Shown here: one piece after another, positions 1-9,198 of the stretch
How positions within the stretch are numbered: the first letter of the stretch is position 1
Layout of the letters: the number at the start of each line of letters is the position of its first letter
Assembly: GCA_963748895.1 (NCBI GenBank)
Contig: CAVVKF010000001.1
Location: 480,983 to 544,982 of the forward strand
Length of the DNA: 64,000 nt
From: an uncultured Solirubrobacterales bacterium
Lineage (GTDB): Bacteria > Actinomycetota > Thermoleophilia > Solirubrobacterales > Solirubrobacteraceae
Direction of reading: 5' to 3'
Program-made: the position numbers and the translations under genes
Notes under the pieces: generated by a model
Database searches by the model: none
What the model was told of the DNA's origin: nothing
Seen by the model: the letters and a program-made list of their open reading frames with translations, nothing else

Positions 1-644
1 CGTCGGGCACCGGCAAGTCGGTGTGCATCAAGCACATCGTCGGCCTGCTGTATCCCGATGAGGGCGATGTGATCGTGCACGGACACTCGATCCCGAGCCT
101 GCCCGACGAGGAGCTGTTCGAGCTGCGCAAGAAGTTCGGCGTGCTGTTTCAGGACGGCGCGCTGTTCGGGTCGATGAACCTGTATGACAACGTCGCCTTC
201 CCGCTGCGCCAGCACACTGAGAAGAGCGAAGAGGAGATCGCCGAAATCGTCAACCGGCGCATGCGCGAGGTCGGCCTGGGGGGCGAGGGCACGAAGATGC
301 CAAACGAGCTCTCCGGCGGGATGCGCAAGCGCGCCGGCTTCGCGCGCTCGCTGGTGCTCGACCCCGAAATCCTGCTGTTCGACGAGCCCGACTCGGGCCT
401 TGACCCGGTGCGCACCGCACTGCTGTGCGAGCTGATCAAGGAAGTCCACGCGGAGAACGGCGGGGCATATGTGGTGATCACCCACGACATCATGAGCGCG
501 CGGCGCGTCGGCGAACACATCTCGGTCCTGTGGAAGGGCAAGGTCGTCGAGTCGGGCCCGGCGGCTGAGCTGTTCGCGAGCGAGAACCCCTTCGTCCGCC
601 AGTTCCTCTCGGGCGAAGCACAGGGTCCTCTCGGTATGGAGTGA
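1..644 (+). CDS. ABC transporter ATP-binding protein, MlaF/Mkl (Mce-associated) family; 5' truncated by window edge
   Basis: Walker A ..SGTGKS at window start, FQDGALFGSMNLYDNVAFPLRQHT, LSGGMRKRAG signature, LLFDEPDSGLDP Walker B. Confidence 0.85.
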   Translation, partial: SGTGKSVCIKHIVGLLYPDEGDVIVHGHSIPSLPDEELFELRKKFGVLFQDGALFGSMNLYDNVAFPLRQHTEKSEEEIAEIVNRRMREVGLGGEGTKMPNELSGGMRKRAGFARSLVLDPEILLFDEPDSGLDPVRTALLCELIKEVHAENGGAYVVITHDIMSARRVGEHISVLWKGKVVESGPAAELFASENPFVRQFLSGEAQGPLGME

Positions 645-3391
645 GCTCAGCGCGGCTCCTAGCCGCCCTGACGGGCGCTGCGACGCGCAAGCCGGTGCTG
701 GTGATCGTGCTCGCGACGGTGCTCGGGCTGGTGGGCGCGGCCTTCGCGCTGAAACTGAGCCCGACGGCGGCGACGAATACGTTCGTGTCGAGCTCCAGCC
801 CTGAGTACAAGGCCACCCAGAAGTTCTACAAAAACTTCGGCGAAGAGCCGATCGAGGTGCTGGTGAAAGGCAACCTGCAGCAGCTCGTGCTCAGCTCGGA
901 CGTCGACCGGCTGGTGGGGCTGGAGGGGTGCCTGTCGGGCAACGTGCCTAAGCAGGCGCTCGCGCAGGAGGGCGGCGTGGACGGACCGTGCGGGCAGCTC
1001 GCGAAGGCAAAGACGGTGAAGGTGGTGTTCGGGCCGGGGACGTTCATCAACGAGGCGGCCGAACAGATCGACGAGCAGCTGAGGGTCCAGACCAAGCAGG
1101 CCGAAGCCGCGGCCAAGCAGGCAGAAGTTGTCGTGAGGAAGGCCGCGCTCGCGCGCGGGGAAAGCACCGAAGCAGCGGAGAAGCTCGCCGAGCAGGCGAG
1201 CTCGATCACGCTCGCGCGCTTCAAGGAGGGTCTCGCGACGCTGGCGCTGCAGTACGGGCTCACCGCGCGGCCGAGCCTGGACGACCCGAGCTTCGTCTCA
1301 GCGCTCCTATTCGACTCGAACAAGCCGGCGGGCACGCCGAAGGCTCGCTTCGCCTACCTGTTCCCGAGCCGCGAAGCGGCGTTGATCTCGGTGCGCTTGA
1401 AGGCTGGGCGCAGCGAAGGCGAGCGGACGCGCACGATCGCGCTGATCCGCCAGGCGGTTGCGATGAAGCAGTGGCGGTCCCAGCACGGGGAGAGTTACCT
1501 GATCACCGGCCAGCCGGTGATCGTCGCGGATCTGACGGGGAAGATCACGCGCTCGATCGCGCTGCTGCTGGTGGCGGTGATGCTGGTGATGGCGCTCACC
1601 CTCAGCCTGATCTTCCGCGGGCGGCCGCGGCTCTTGCCGCTGGGGATAGCGCTGCTCGCCGCCGCGCTCACGTTCGGCGCGCTGTCGGTCGTGGGGGCGT
1701 CGTTGACGGTGGCCTCGATTGCTGTGCTGCCGGTGCTGGTGGGGCTCGCGGTGGACTACGCGATCCAGTTTCAGTCGCGCGTGGAGGAGGCTTTTGCAGA
1801 AGAGACCGATGGCTTGGAGACCCACCGATTAGGAACCCACCCACCCGAGGACGCGCGCGCGGCGGTCAGGCGCGCGGCCACCACGGCCGCGCCGACGATC
1901 GCCACGGCCGGGATCGCGAGCGTCGCGGCGATGCTGGTCCTGTTGCTCTCGCCGGTGCCGATGGTGCGAGGCTTCGGGCTGTTGCTGGCGGTGGGCGTCG
2001 TGATCGCGTTCCTGTGCGCGCTGACCGCGGGGTCGGCCACGCTGGTGCTGGCCGAGCGCCGAGCGACCGCACGCAGTGCAGCCGGACGAGGAGTGCCCGG
2101 ACCGCCGCGAGCGACGCGTGTGGATCTGGGAGCGTTCGGCGCGTCGCTGGGCGCGGCCTGGCGCGGAGCCCGCGAGCTGCTGCTGGAGAATCCGGTCAAT
2201 CGCTTCGTGGGAAGGGTGGCGCTGATCGAGGCGGTGCGCCGGCCGGGACGGGTGCTCTGTGTGGGGCTGGCGCTGGCGGCGCTCGGCTGGGGCCTGGATA
2301 CGCAGACGCACGTGGAGACCAACATCGAAAAGCTGGTCCCGCAGAACCTGGAATCACTGCAGAACCTGAACGCGCTCGAGCGCGCCACCGGCGTCGGAGG
2401 GCAGCTCGACCTGTTGCTCAGCGGGAAGGATCTGGCCAAGCCGGCGACGATCGAATGGATGAGCTCGTATGAGAGCGCGATGCTGAAGCGCTTCGGCTAC
2501 AGCTCCACGCGCGGCTGCGGGCAGGCGCGACTGTGCCCGGCGTTCTCGCTGCCGGACCTGTTCGCCGGGACCTCCACGACCGCCAAGGCGCCGAAGCTCA
2601 CGCGGGCCGATGTGCAGGGCCTGCTCGACGCGATCCCGCCGTACTTCTCTCAGGACGTGATCACCCCCGATCGCCGCACGGCGACGCTGGCGTTCGGCAT
2701 CCGGCTGATGTCCTTGGAAGAGCAGCAGCAGCTGATCGAAGCGATGCGCTCGAGCCTGCATCCGCCCGCGGGGGTGAGCGCGCGGCTGGCCGGGCTGCCG
2801 GTCCTGGCGGCCCAGTCCGGTACGCAGGTGGCGTCCCCATGGCGACGCCTCCAGGCCCTGCTGATCGGACTGGCGGCGGTTGCGCTGGTGCTCTTGATCG
2901 CCTTCCGCGGCGACCGTCGCCGGGCGCTCGTGCCGCTCGTGCCGATCGCGCTGGCGACGGGGTGGTCCGCGCTGATCCTGTTCGCGGTGAGGGTGCCGCT
3001 GAACCCGATGTCGGTCACCCTGGGCGTGCTGGTGATCGCGATCTCTACCGAGTTCAGCGTGCTGCTGTCCGAGCGCTACCGCCAGGAGCGCTTGCGCGGG
3101 CGGGACACGATCGCGGCGTTGCGCCGCACCTACACGCGCACGGGGGCTGCGGTCGCGGCCTCGGGGGTGACGGCGATCGCGGGCTTCGGTGTGCTGGTGC
3201 TCTCGGACATCCGCATGCTCCGCGACTTCGGGCTGGTGACGCTGATCGACTTGACCGTCTCGTTGGTGGGGGTGCTGGTGGCGCTGCCGGCGGCGCTGAT
3301 GCTCGCGGAGCAACCGCGAGCGATCGCCGTCAGCGTCCCGCCTCTTCGCCGGATGCGGCGAGACGGGCGCACACGTCATGAGTCAGCCTGA
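641..3391 (+). CDS. MMPL/RND-superfamily lipid transporter (916 aa)
   Basis: Two TM blocks, each preceded by an extracytoplasmic domain; GLAVDYAI motif; overlaps the ATPase stop (GTGA). Confidence 0.8.
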   Translation: MSSARLLAALTGAATRKPVLVIVLATVLGLVGAAFALKLSPTAATNTFVSSSSPEYKATQKFYKNFGEEPIEVLVKGNLQQLVLSSDVDRLVGLEGCLSGNVPKQALAQEGGVDGPCGQLAKAKTVKVVFGPGTFINEAAEQIDEQLRVQTKQAEAAAKQAEVVVRKAALARGESTEAAEKLAEQASSITLARFKEGLATLALQYGLTARPSLDDPSFVSALLFDSNKPAGTPKARFAYLFPSREAALISVRLKAGRSEGERTRTIALIRQAVAMKQWRSQHGESYLITGQPVIVADLTGKITRSIALLLVAVMLVMALTLSLIFRGRPRLLPLGIALLAAALTFGALSVVGASLTVASIAVLPVLVGLAVDYAIQFQSRVEEAFAEETDGLETHRLGTHPPEDARAAVRRAATTAAPTIATAGIASVAAMLVLLLSPVPMVRGFGLLLAVGVVIAFLCALTAGSATLVLAERRATARSAAGRGVPGPPRATRVDLGAFGASLGAAWRGARELLLENPVNRFVGRVALIEAVRRPGRVLCVGLALAALGWGLDTQTHVETNIEKLVPQNLESLQNLNALERATGVGGQLDLLLSGKDLAKPATIEWMSSYESAMLKRFGYSSTRGCGQARLCPAFSLPDLFAGTSTTAKAPKLTRADVQGLLDAIPPYFSQDVITPDRRTATLAFGIRLMSLEEQQQLIEAMRSSLHPPAGVSARLAGLPVLAAQSGTQVASPWRRLQALLIGLAAVALVLLIAFRGDRRRALVPLVPIALATGWSALILFAVRVPLNPMSVTLGVLVIAISTEFSVLLSERYRQERLRGRDTIAALRRTYTRTGAAVAASGVTAIAGFGVLVLSDIRMLRDFGLVTLIDLTVSLVGVLVALPAALMLAEQPRAIAVSVPPLRRMRRDGRTRHESA

Positions 3392-4034
3392 GCCCACCGG
3401 CCCACGCTACGGGCGCTACGTGGGCGCCCTCGGGGTGCTGATCGCGGTGCTGTTCGTGATCAACACGACGCTGAGCAACTCGCATGGTGTCGGGGGCATC
3501 GCACCCGGCCACAAGCTGGCGCCGTTTGCCGTGCCGCTCGCGCTGGGAGAGGTGAACGGCGACGCCAATATAGCCACCCACGCCGACGAGGGCGAAGCCG
3601 GGAAGCGTCCCGCGTGTGTGGTTAGGGGGGCTGGGATCCTGAACGTCTGCGAGCTTTACGAACAGGGGCCGGTGGTGCTGGCGCTGTTCGTCGACGCGGG
3701 CTCCTGCCCGCAGGTCCTTAGCGAGATGCAGGCGCTCGTGCCCTCCTTCCCGGGTGTGCGTTTCGCTGGGGTGGCGCTGGAGGGGCAGCGGGGTAAGTTG
3801 CGCGCGCTGATACGGGCGCGAAACCTGGCCATCCCGGTCGGCTTCGATCGCGATGGGGTGCTCGCGGCGCTCTACAAGGTGGTGAGCTGCGCGCAGCTGA
3901 CCTTCGCTTATCCGGGGGGTGTCGTGCAGAGCAAGTCGCTGCTGGAAGTACCGGCGCCGGCGACGTTGCGCACGCGTGTGAGCGAGTTGGTGCAGGCGGC
4001 ACGCGCGCGCGGTTACAGGCCACGGCTGCCGTGA
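3378..4034 (+). CDS. Membrane-anchored thioredoxin-fold (TlpA/redoxin-like) protein, no canonical CxxC
   Basis: N-terminal TM; GPVVLALF..C and PVGFDRDGVLAALYKV resemble the redoxin fold. Confidence 0.5.
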   Translation: MSQPEPTGPRYGRYVGALGVLIAVLFVINTTLSNSHGVGGIAPGHKLAPFAVPLALGEVNGDANIATHADEGEAGKRPACVVRGAGILNVCELYEQGPVVLALFVDAGSCPQVLSEMQALVPSFPGVRFAGVALEGQRGKLRALIRARNLAIPVGFDRDGVLAALYKVVSCAQLTFAYPGGVVQSKSLLEVPAPATLRTRVSELVQAARARGYRPRLP

Positions 4035-4744
4035 GCCACGATTCGTCATTCGCCGGACGCGAGGGGCCTGCGGGAGCGGAGTCCGGCCCCCCAGAGCTCG
4101 AGCTGGGTTGGCGTGCGCGCGAGCTCGAACAGGATCTGCCCGAGCTGGGACTTGTGATCGCGCAGGTACGGGTCGGCCAGCCCGGGTCGTTGAGGGCGCG
4201 CTCGCCGTCCGGGATCGAAGGCCGCCTGCACGAACTGTCCAATCGGTTTCGGGGAGCGCGGGCGGTGGCGGTTCGTAGCGAGCCGGTGCCGGCGGCTTAC
4301 CGGGTCTTCTTCCGCCAGATCGGTCTCGACCCCGATGTGGTGCGCACGCCGATCGAGGCGGCCGCGCTCGAGCGCATGATGCGTGGCGGCTTCCCGTCGG
4401 GCGGGATGCTCGAGGATGTCCTGCTGATCGCGCTCGTGGACACGGGCGTGCCGGTGTGGGCGCTGGACTCAGAGGCCGTGAGCGGTCCGCTCGGCATCCG
4501 CTCGAGCAGTGAGGGCGAGCCCTTGGGGCGGTCCGCCGGCGCCCCAGCGCTGCCGGCCGGCCGGCTGGTGGTCGCGGACGCTTCGACGGCGCTGGCTTCA
4601 CTGTTCGGCGAGTTGGCTTCGGGGCATGAGGCCAAAGCCCGTACGGACCGATTGACGCTGTTCGCGATCCAGGTGGCCGGTGTGCCTGCGCTGTTCGTGG
4701 AGCAGGCACTGTGGACATGCCGCATGGCGCTGGAAGCACCCTGA
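4031..4744 (+). CDS. B3/B4 domain protein (PheT-related, stand-alone tRNA editing-like)
   Basis: AYRVFFRQIGLDPD..RTPIEA, TGVPVWALD motifs typical of B3/4 proteins. Confidence 0.7.
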   Translation: MSHDSSFAGREGPAGAESGPPELELGWRARELEQDLPELGLVIAQVRVGQPGSLRARSPSGIEGRLHELSNRFRGARAVAVRSEPVPAAYRVFFRQIGLDPDVVRTPIEAAALERMMRGGFPSGGMLEDVLLIALVDTGVPVWALDSEAVSGPLGIRSSSEGEPLGRSAGAPALPAGRLVVADASTALASLFGELASGHEAKARTDRLTLFAIQVAGVPALFVEQALWTCRMALEAP

Positions 4745-4790
4745 GGGACACTGGTAGACTCGGCGATTCCGGCACTAGGAGGAGATCGGT

Positions 4791-5297
4791 ATGACCCAGT
4801 CCGGCCTTGTCATAGATCGTGACCGACCAGATATCGAGGCCGCCTCAATCGCGAGCCCTCGTCAGATCGAGGTCGGTGAGCGTGACGCTCGCCTCGCCCT
4901 GAGGACGCAGATCGGAAAGCTCGAGCGCGAAAGCTCGGCGATCGTCGCCAACGGGTTCCCGCACATCTCCCCGGCAGCCATGCCAGAGCTCCCGGGCGAT
5001 CTCGCCGCCGGCCCCTGCCTGCTCACGTTGGCGGAGCTCGAGCGGATGCGCGACCACTTGGCCGGCCACACAGAGGACCTGCGCCGGCTCGCCGCCGAGC
5101 GGGTCGAGCACGAGCGCCGAGCGCGTGAGCTGCTCGATGGGATGAAGCTCGAACCGGGCCGCTACAAGTTCGTACGTCTGCCCGTGAGGGATCTGGGCCA
5201 GGGGGGGTGCGGGGTGTGGGAGGTGCGTCCGCGACTCGGGCTGATCGGGATGCTGGCCGGATGGTGGCACGTCAAGCTCTCCTCCGGCTGTCCCTAG
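4791..5297 (+). CDS. Hypothetical protein
   Basis: SD AGGAGGAG upstream; coding-like ORF with C-terminal W.VRPRLG.IGML.GWW.VK.SSGCP. Confidence 0.65.
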   Translation: MTQSGLVIDRDRPDIEAASIASPRQIEVGERDARLALRTQIGKLERESSAIVANGFPHISPAAMPELPGDLAAGPCLLTLAELERMRDHLAGHTEDLRRLAAERVEHERRARELLDGMKLEPGRYKFVRLPVRDLGQGGCGVWEVRPRLGLIGMLAGWWHVKLSSGCP

Positions 5298-5300
5298 GGA

Positions 5301-5467
5301 TAGGGGTCACGCGAAAGCGTGACCCCGGGGTGGGTGGTTTTTAGAAAACGTCCGAAAACTCCCCAGCACGCACCGAAGCGTCCTCTGAGGGTAGATCCAG
5401 GAGTTTTCGGACGCTTTCTTAATCGGTCGTAGGGGCCGTGCATGATGCGCGGCCTCGGGGTGGGTGG
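5301..5467. repeat. Structured intergenic element: two TAGGGG-hairpin-GGGGTGGGTGG units flanking a 20-bp inverted repeat
   Basis: Unit 1 5301-5337, unit 2 5430-5467; IR 5343-5362/5400-5419 with 1 mismatch; lies between convergent genes and probably also terminates transcription. Confidence 0.7.
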
Positions 5468-5478
5468 GTCTTGATCGA

Positions 5479-5928
5479 TCAGTGACTGAGCGCCATCGCG
5501 CGATGCTCACGCGGAGCATGGTGCGCTGATATCCCAAATGGCCGGTTGTAGAGCTCGGCGGCCTGATCGCTGTCCTGCTGCGCCTCAGCGGCCTCCGCAC
5601 AGCTTTGCGGAACGGCGGTGAGCATCGCCGCGAGCGTGCGGCGCTGGCGGTCGGTCATCGATCCGACGGTCTTCTTCTCGGACATTGCGATCTGGGCGAG
5701 AAATTTGCGACAACGTGTCTGGCCCCAGCGACGCTGGCTCATCAGTAGGTCCGCGACCGCCATCGAGTCGGCCTCCCACGGGCAATCGAGGATCACCGCG
5801 GCGACGCAGAGATCACCAAGCGCGACCCGGCGCTTGAGCTCGGCGCGGGCGAGGCGGACCTGATTGGCGCGTTCCAAAGCGCGCATGTACTGCGGACCGG
5901 CAGGGGCGACCGTCGCTGTCGCGTTCAT
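5479..5928 (-). CDS. Actinobacterial integration host factor (mIHF/sIHF)-like nucleoid-associated protein
   Basis: ALERANQVRLARAELKRRV...MAVADLL....WG..R..KFL..I.MSE.K.VGSMTDRQR matches the mIHF pattern ALEKA...R.ARAELK..L...MKVS.LL..LP.VG..KA..I...L.I...RR.RGL.DRQR. Confidence 0.65.
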   Translation of the reverse strand: MNATATVAPAGPQYMRALERANQVRLARAELKRRVALGDLCVAAVILDCPWEADSMAVADLLMSQRRWGQTRCRKFLAQIAMSEKKTVGSMTDRQRRTLAAMLTAVPQSCAEAAEAQQDSDQAAELYNRPFGISAHHAPREHRAMALSH

Positions 5929-6247
5929 GTGAGCACTCTCCCCGTTGCCGCCGCAAGCAACGCGGCGGGCAACATCCTTGCTTGAATTTTGACGGGTATG
6001 CGCTCGCCACGGCCGCCTGAAGACGATCCGCGACGAATCGCGAATAATCTCGACAATCGCCCCCGTTCCTAAGGTGCGAACTTCAGACGGTCATACAGAG
6101 CGCTCCAAGAAGCTACGTCAGGACGGGGTTCGCGGTCAACAGCGCGAGCGCGGTTCGTGCGCTAGAAGCGATCTTTTTTCTTGCCCGGAGGACTTGTGAA
6201 GAAATGGACAAGCGCAATCGACTGGTGGAACGCCGATCGACGTGGAC

Positions 6248-7537
6248 TCAGGCCTGCTCCGGCAAAGGCAGTGGACCGTGCTCGGCCTCGAACTCAGACT
6301 TGACCCGCGCGAAGACGTCGAGCGCTCGATCGAGCACGGCGCGGTCGTGGGTGGCCATCACGCTGGTGCGCAGCAACGCCCCGCCCGGCGGCACGGCGGG
6401 GTGCAGCGCGCAGTTGGTGAAGACCCCGCCGTCGTACAGGGCGCGCCACAAAAGCGCCGCCTTCCAGTCGTCGCCGACGAGCACGGGGACGATCGGCGTG
6501 ACGACGGTCTCAACAGGAGCATCCTCATCCGGGCCGAGCCGCACGGGCTCACCGCTGAGCACCCGGAATCCGAGCGCGCGCAGGCCGTCGGCGAAGTAGC
6601 GCGCCTGCTCGAGCACGGTCGCCAGCAAAAGTGGGCCGTCGGGCGAGCGGATGATCCGCAGCGCGGCCAGCGTCGCGCCCAGCGCGGCGGGGACCCCTGA
6701 GGCGGTGAAGAGGAATGCGCGCGAGGAGATCCGCAGGTAGTCGATCACCTCCGCCGGGCCGGCGACGAAGCCGCCGCAGGAGGCGAAGGACTTGGAGAAG
6801 GTGCCCATGCGCAGGTCGACGCGCTCCTCGACTCCGAGCAGCTCGGCCGTCCCCGCGCCGCGCGCGCCCAGCACGCCGGCGCCGTGCGCCTCGTCGACCA
6901 TCAGGCGCGCGCCGTAGCGGGCGCACAGCTCGACGATGTCGACTAGGGGCGCGACGTCGCCCTCCATCGAGAAGACGCCGTCGACGACCACCAGGACGCC
7001 ACCACCGTCTCCCTGAGCGCGCTCGAGAGCACGCTCCAGCTTGTCCATGCGGTTGTGGCGGAAGGGACGCATCTTGGCCTTCGAGAGCAGGACGCCGTCG
7101 AGGATCGAGGCGTGATCGCCGGAGTCGACGATCACGGTGTCAGAGGGGCCGAGCAACGTTCCGAGCGTGCCCACGTTGGCCTGATGGCCGGTGGTGAAGA
7201 CGATCGCGTCGTCGGTGTCCATCCACTCGGCCAGCTCGCGCTCAAGCTCGAGGTGCAGGGGGGTTGTGCCGTTGAGCAGGCGTGAACCGGTCAGGCCAGT
7301 GCCGTAGCGGTGCAGGGCGTCCTCGGCGCCTGCCATCACGCGCTCGTCGGCGGTGAGGCCGAGGTAGTTGTTGGACGCGAGCATGATCCGGGGTGAGCCC
7401 TCCATCTCGACGACCGGCATCGCCGGGGACTCGACGGTCCGGAAGTAGGGCATCAGGTCGGCCTCGCGTGCGGCGCGCAAAAGCTCCTCGCGCTCGTGGC
7501 CGCGGACCTTGGAAAAGACGTCTGTCGAAGTGGGCAT
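6248..7537 (-). CDS. PLP-dependent alpha-oxoamine synthase, serine palmitoyltransferase-like
   Basis: PYFR, SNNYLGL, GSRLLNGT, DHASILDG, DEAH, PLP-Lys motif GTFSKS; start trimmed to ATG 7537. Confidence 0.75.
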   Translation of the reverse strand: MPTSTDVFSKVRGHEREELLRAAREADLMPYFRTVESPAMPVVEMEGSPRIMLASNNYLGLTADERVMAGAEDALHRYGTGLTGSRLLNGTTPLHLELERELAEWMDTDDAIVFTTGHQANVGTLGTLLGPSDTVIVDSGDHASILDGVLLSKAKMRPFRHNRMDKLERALERAQGDGGGVLVVVDGVFSMEGDVAPLVDIVELCARYGARLMVDEAHGAGVLGARGAGTAELLGVEERVDLRMGTFSKSFASCGGFVAGPAEVIDYLRISSRAFLFTASGVPAALGATLAALRIIRSPDGPLLLATVLEQARYFADGLRALGFRVLSGEPVRLGPDEDAPVETVVTPIVPVLVGDDWKAALLWRALYDGGVFTNCALHPAVPPGGALLRTSVMATHDRAVLDRALDVFARVKSEFEAEHGPLPLPEQA

Positions 7538-7552
7538 ATAGGGTCTGGGCCA

Positions 7553-8702
7553 GTGAGCGTGTCTGAGCGAACAGCAGGCGTCCAGGTCACACCGGTGAAC
7601 GGCAGGCGGGAGACGAAAGCGTTCATCGACCTGCCGTTCAAACTGCATGCTAACCACCCGTTGTGGATCCCCCTGCCGAAGCTCGAGCGCTGGGTCTTCC
7701 TCAACCGACGTATGAACGCCTTCTTCAGTCACGGGGAGGCCGAATACTTCCTCGCCAAGCGGGACGGGCGAGTCGTGGGACGGATCAGCGCCCAGGTCAA
7801 CCACGCGTTCAACGACTACCAGAAGAAGAACTGGGGCTGGTTCGGCTTCCTCGAGTTCGAGGACAACCAGGAGGTGCTGGACGCGCTGCTGAGCGCCGCC
7901 GAGGGATGGTGCAAGGCGCGCGGCAAGGAGCGGATGGTTGGGCCTGCGGACTTCTCGATGAACGAAGAGAGCGGCATCCTGATCGAGGGCTTCGAGCTGC
8001 GTCCGATGATCAAGCAGCCATGGCACCCGCCCTACTACCAGCAGCGCATGGAGCAGGCGGGGATGAGCAAGGCGATGGACCTGTTGATGTGGAAACTGGA
8101 GGTCGAAGATCGCGACAAGGTGCTGCCGGTGATCTGGGAGCTGGCGGAGAAGGCGCAGTCAGAGCATGGGATCAGGGTGCGCCCGATGAGAAGGCGCCAA
8201 CTGCGCAAAGACATGGACTCCTTCGCCGAGGTCTACAACGCCGCGTGGGCCAAGAACTGGGACTTCGTGCCGTATTCGAAGAAGGACCTGGATGCCTACG
8301 CCCAGGAGATCCAGCTGGTGTTCGACAAGCACTGGTGCATGATCGCCGAGAAAGAAGATACGGGCGAGGTCGTGGGCATGGCGATGACCTTCCCCGACCT
8401 CAACCAGGTGCTGGAGAAGATGCAGGGCAAGTTCCTGCCATTCGGCTGGTGGCACTTCCTGAACAAGGGCAAGATCACCGATCGGGTGCGCGTCGGCTTC
8501 CTCGGCGTCAAGCCGGAGTACCAGCACACGGGCGTCGCGGCGAGGCTCTACCAGCTGCACTTCGACGCGGCCGAAGCAGCGACCGCAGAAGGGCGGCGAG
8601 ATGGGCTGGATCCTGGAGACGAACACGTCGATGAACAGGGGCATGGAAGCGATGGGCGGGAAGGTCGTGAAGCGCTACAGGGTCTACGAGCGGGAGTTTT
8701 AG
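7553..8702 (+). CDS. GNAT-fold N-acyltransferase, bacterial ceramide synthase (bCerS)/YghO-like; one indel near 8580
   Basis: FIDLPF..H..HPLWIP, EAEYFLA.RDG.VVGRISA, GWFGFLEF, GP..FSMNEESGILIEGF, PYY; C-terminal WILETN..MN..ME.MGG...KRYRVY in the shifted frame. Confidence 0.7.
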
Positions 8703-8850
8703 GGGGACGAGCCGCCGCGACGCGGAGAACCCACAGGGACCGCCCGGTCGAGGCTGGGTGGAGCAACAAAGTGCTTTCGACACAGGCTCATCCCCAATGC
8801 ACAGAGGCGGCGGCGTGAAGCAGTCTGGGCGGCCGCGTACACTGCGCGGG

Positions 8851-9198
8851 ATGGCTGACACCGAGGAAGTCGATGCCCTGCCGGTGCTCGCGGATGAGCC
8901 GACGGTGCTGGCGTCCGCCGCGCGGGCGCTGCCGACCGAGGTGGGACCGGGCCGCGCCGTCGTGCCGGCCGTGCAGGCCGCCGCCGTGGCGGCCGGAGGC
9001 TTCGTGGCGGGGGCGGCCGTCGTCGGTCTCGTACACCGTCGCCGCCGGCGCGCGACGCTCGCGAAGGGCCGCCGCGCCGGGCGACTGAGCCGCGGCGGGC
9101 GCGACGGGCGCTCCGCGAACAAGGCCGGCGAGCTGCTGCAGATCGTCGGCAGCAGATCGCTGCTCGTGGACGTGCATTTGCTGGGCGGCGAGCGCTGA
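8851..9198 (+). CDS. Small membrane hypothetical protein
   Basis: Single TM; TACACT -10 box 7 nt before ATG 8851. Confidence 0.55.
   Translation: MADTEEVDALPVLADEPTVLASAARALPTEVGPGRAVVPAVQAAAVAAGGFVAGAAVVGLVHRRRRRATLAKGRRAGRLSRGGRDGRSANKAGELLQIVGSRSLLVDVHLLGGER

Noticed and set aside
6248-7537. Default annotation as bioF
   Set aside because: GTFSKS motif, no biotin genes nearby and pairing with a bCerS-like gene favour Spt; not fully excluded without phylogeny
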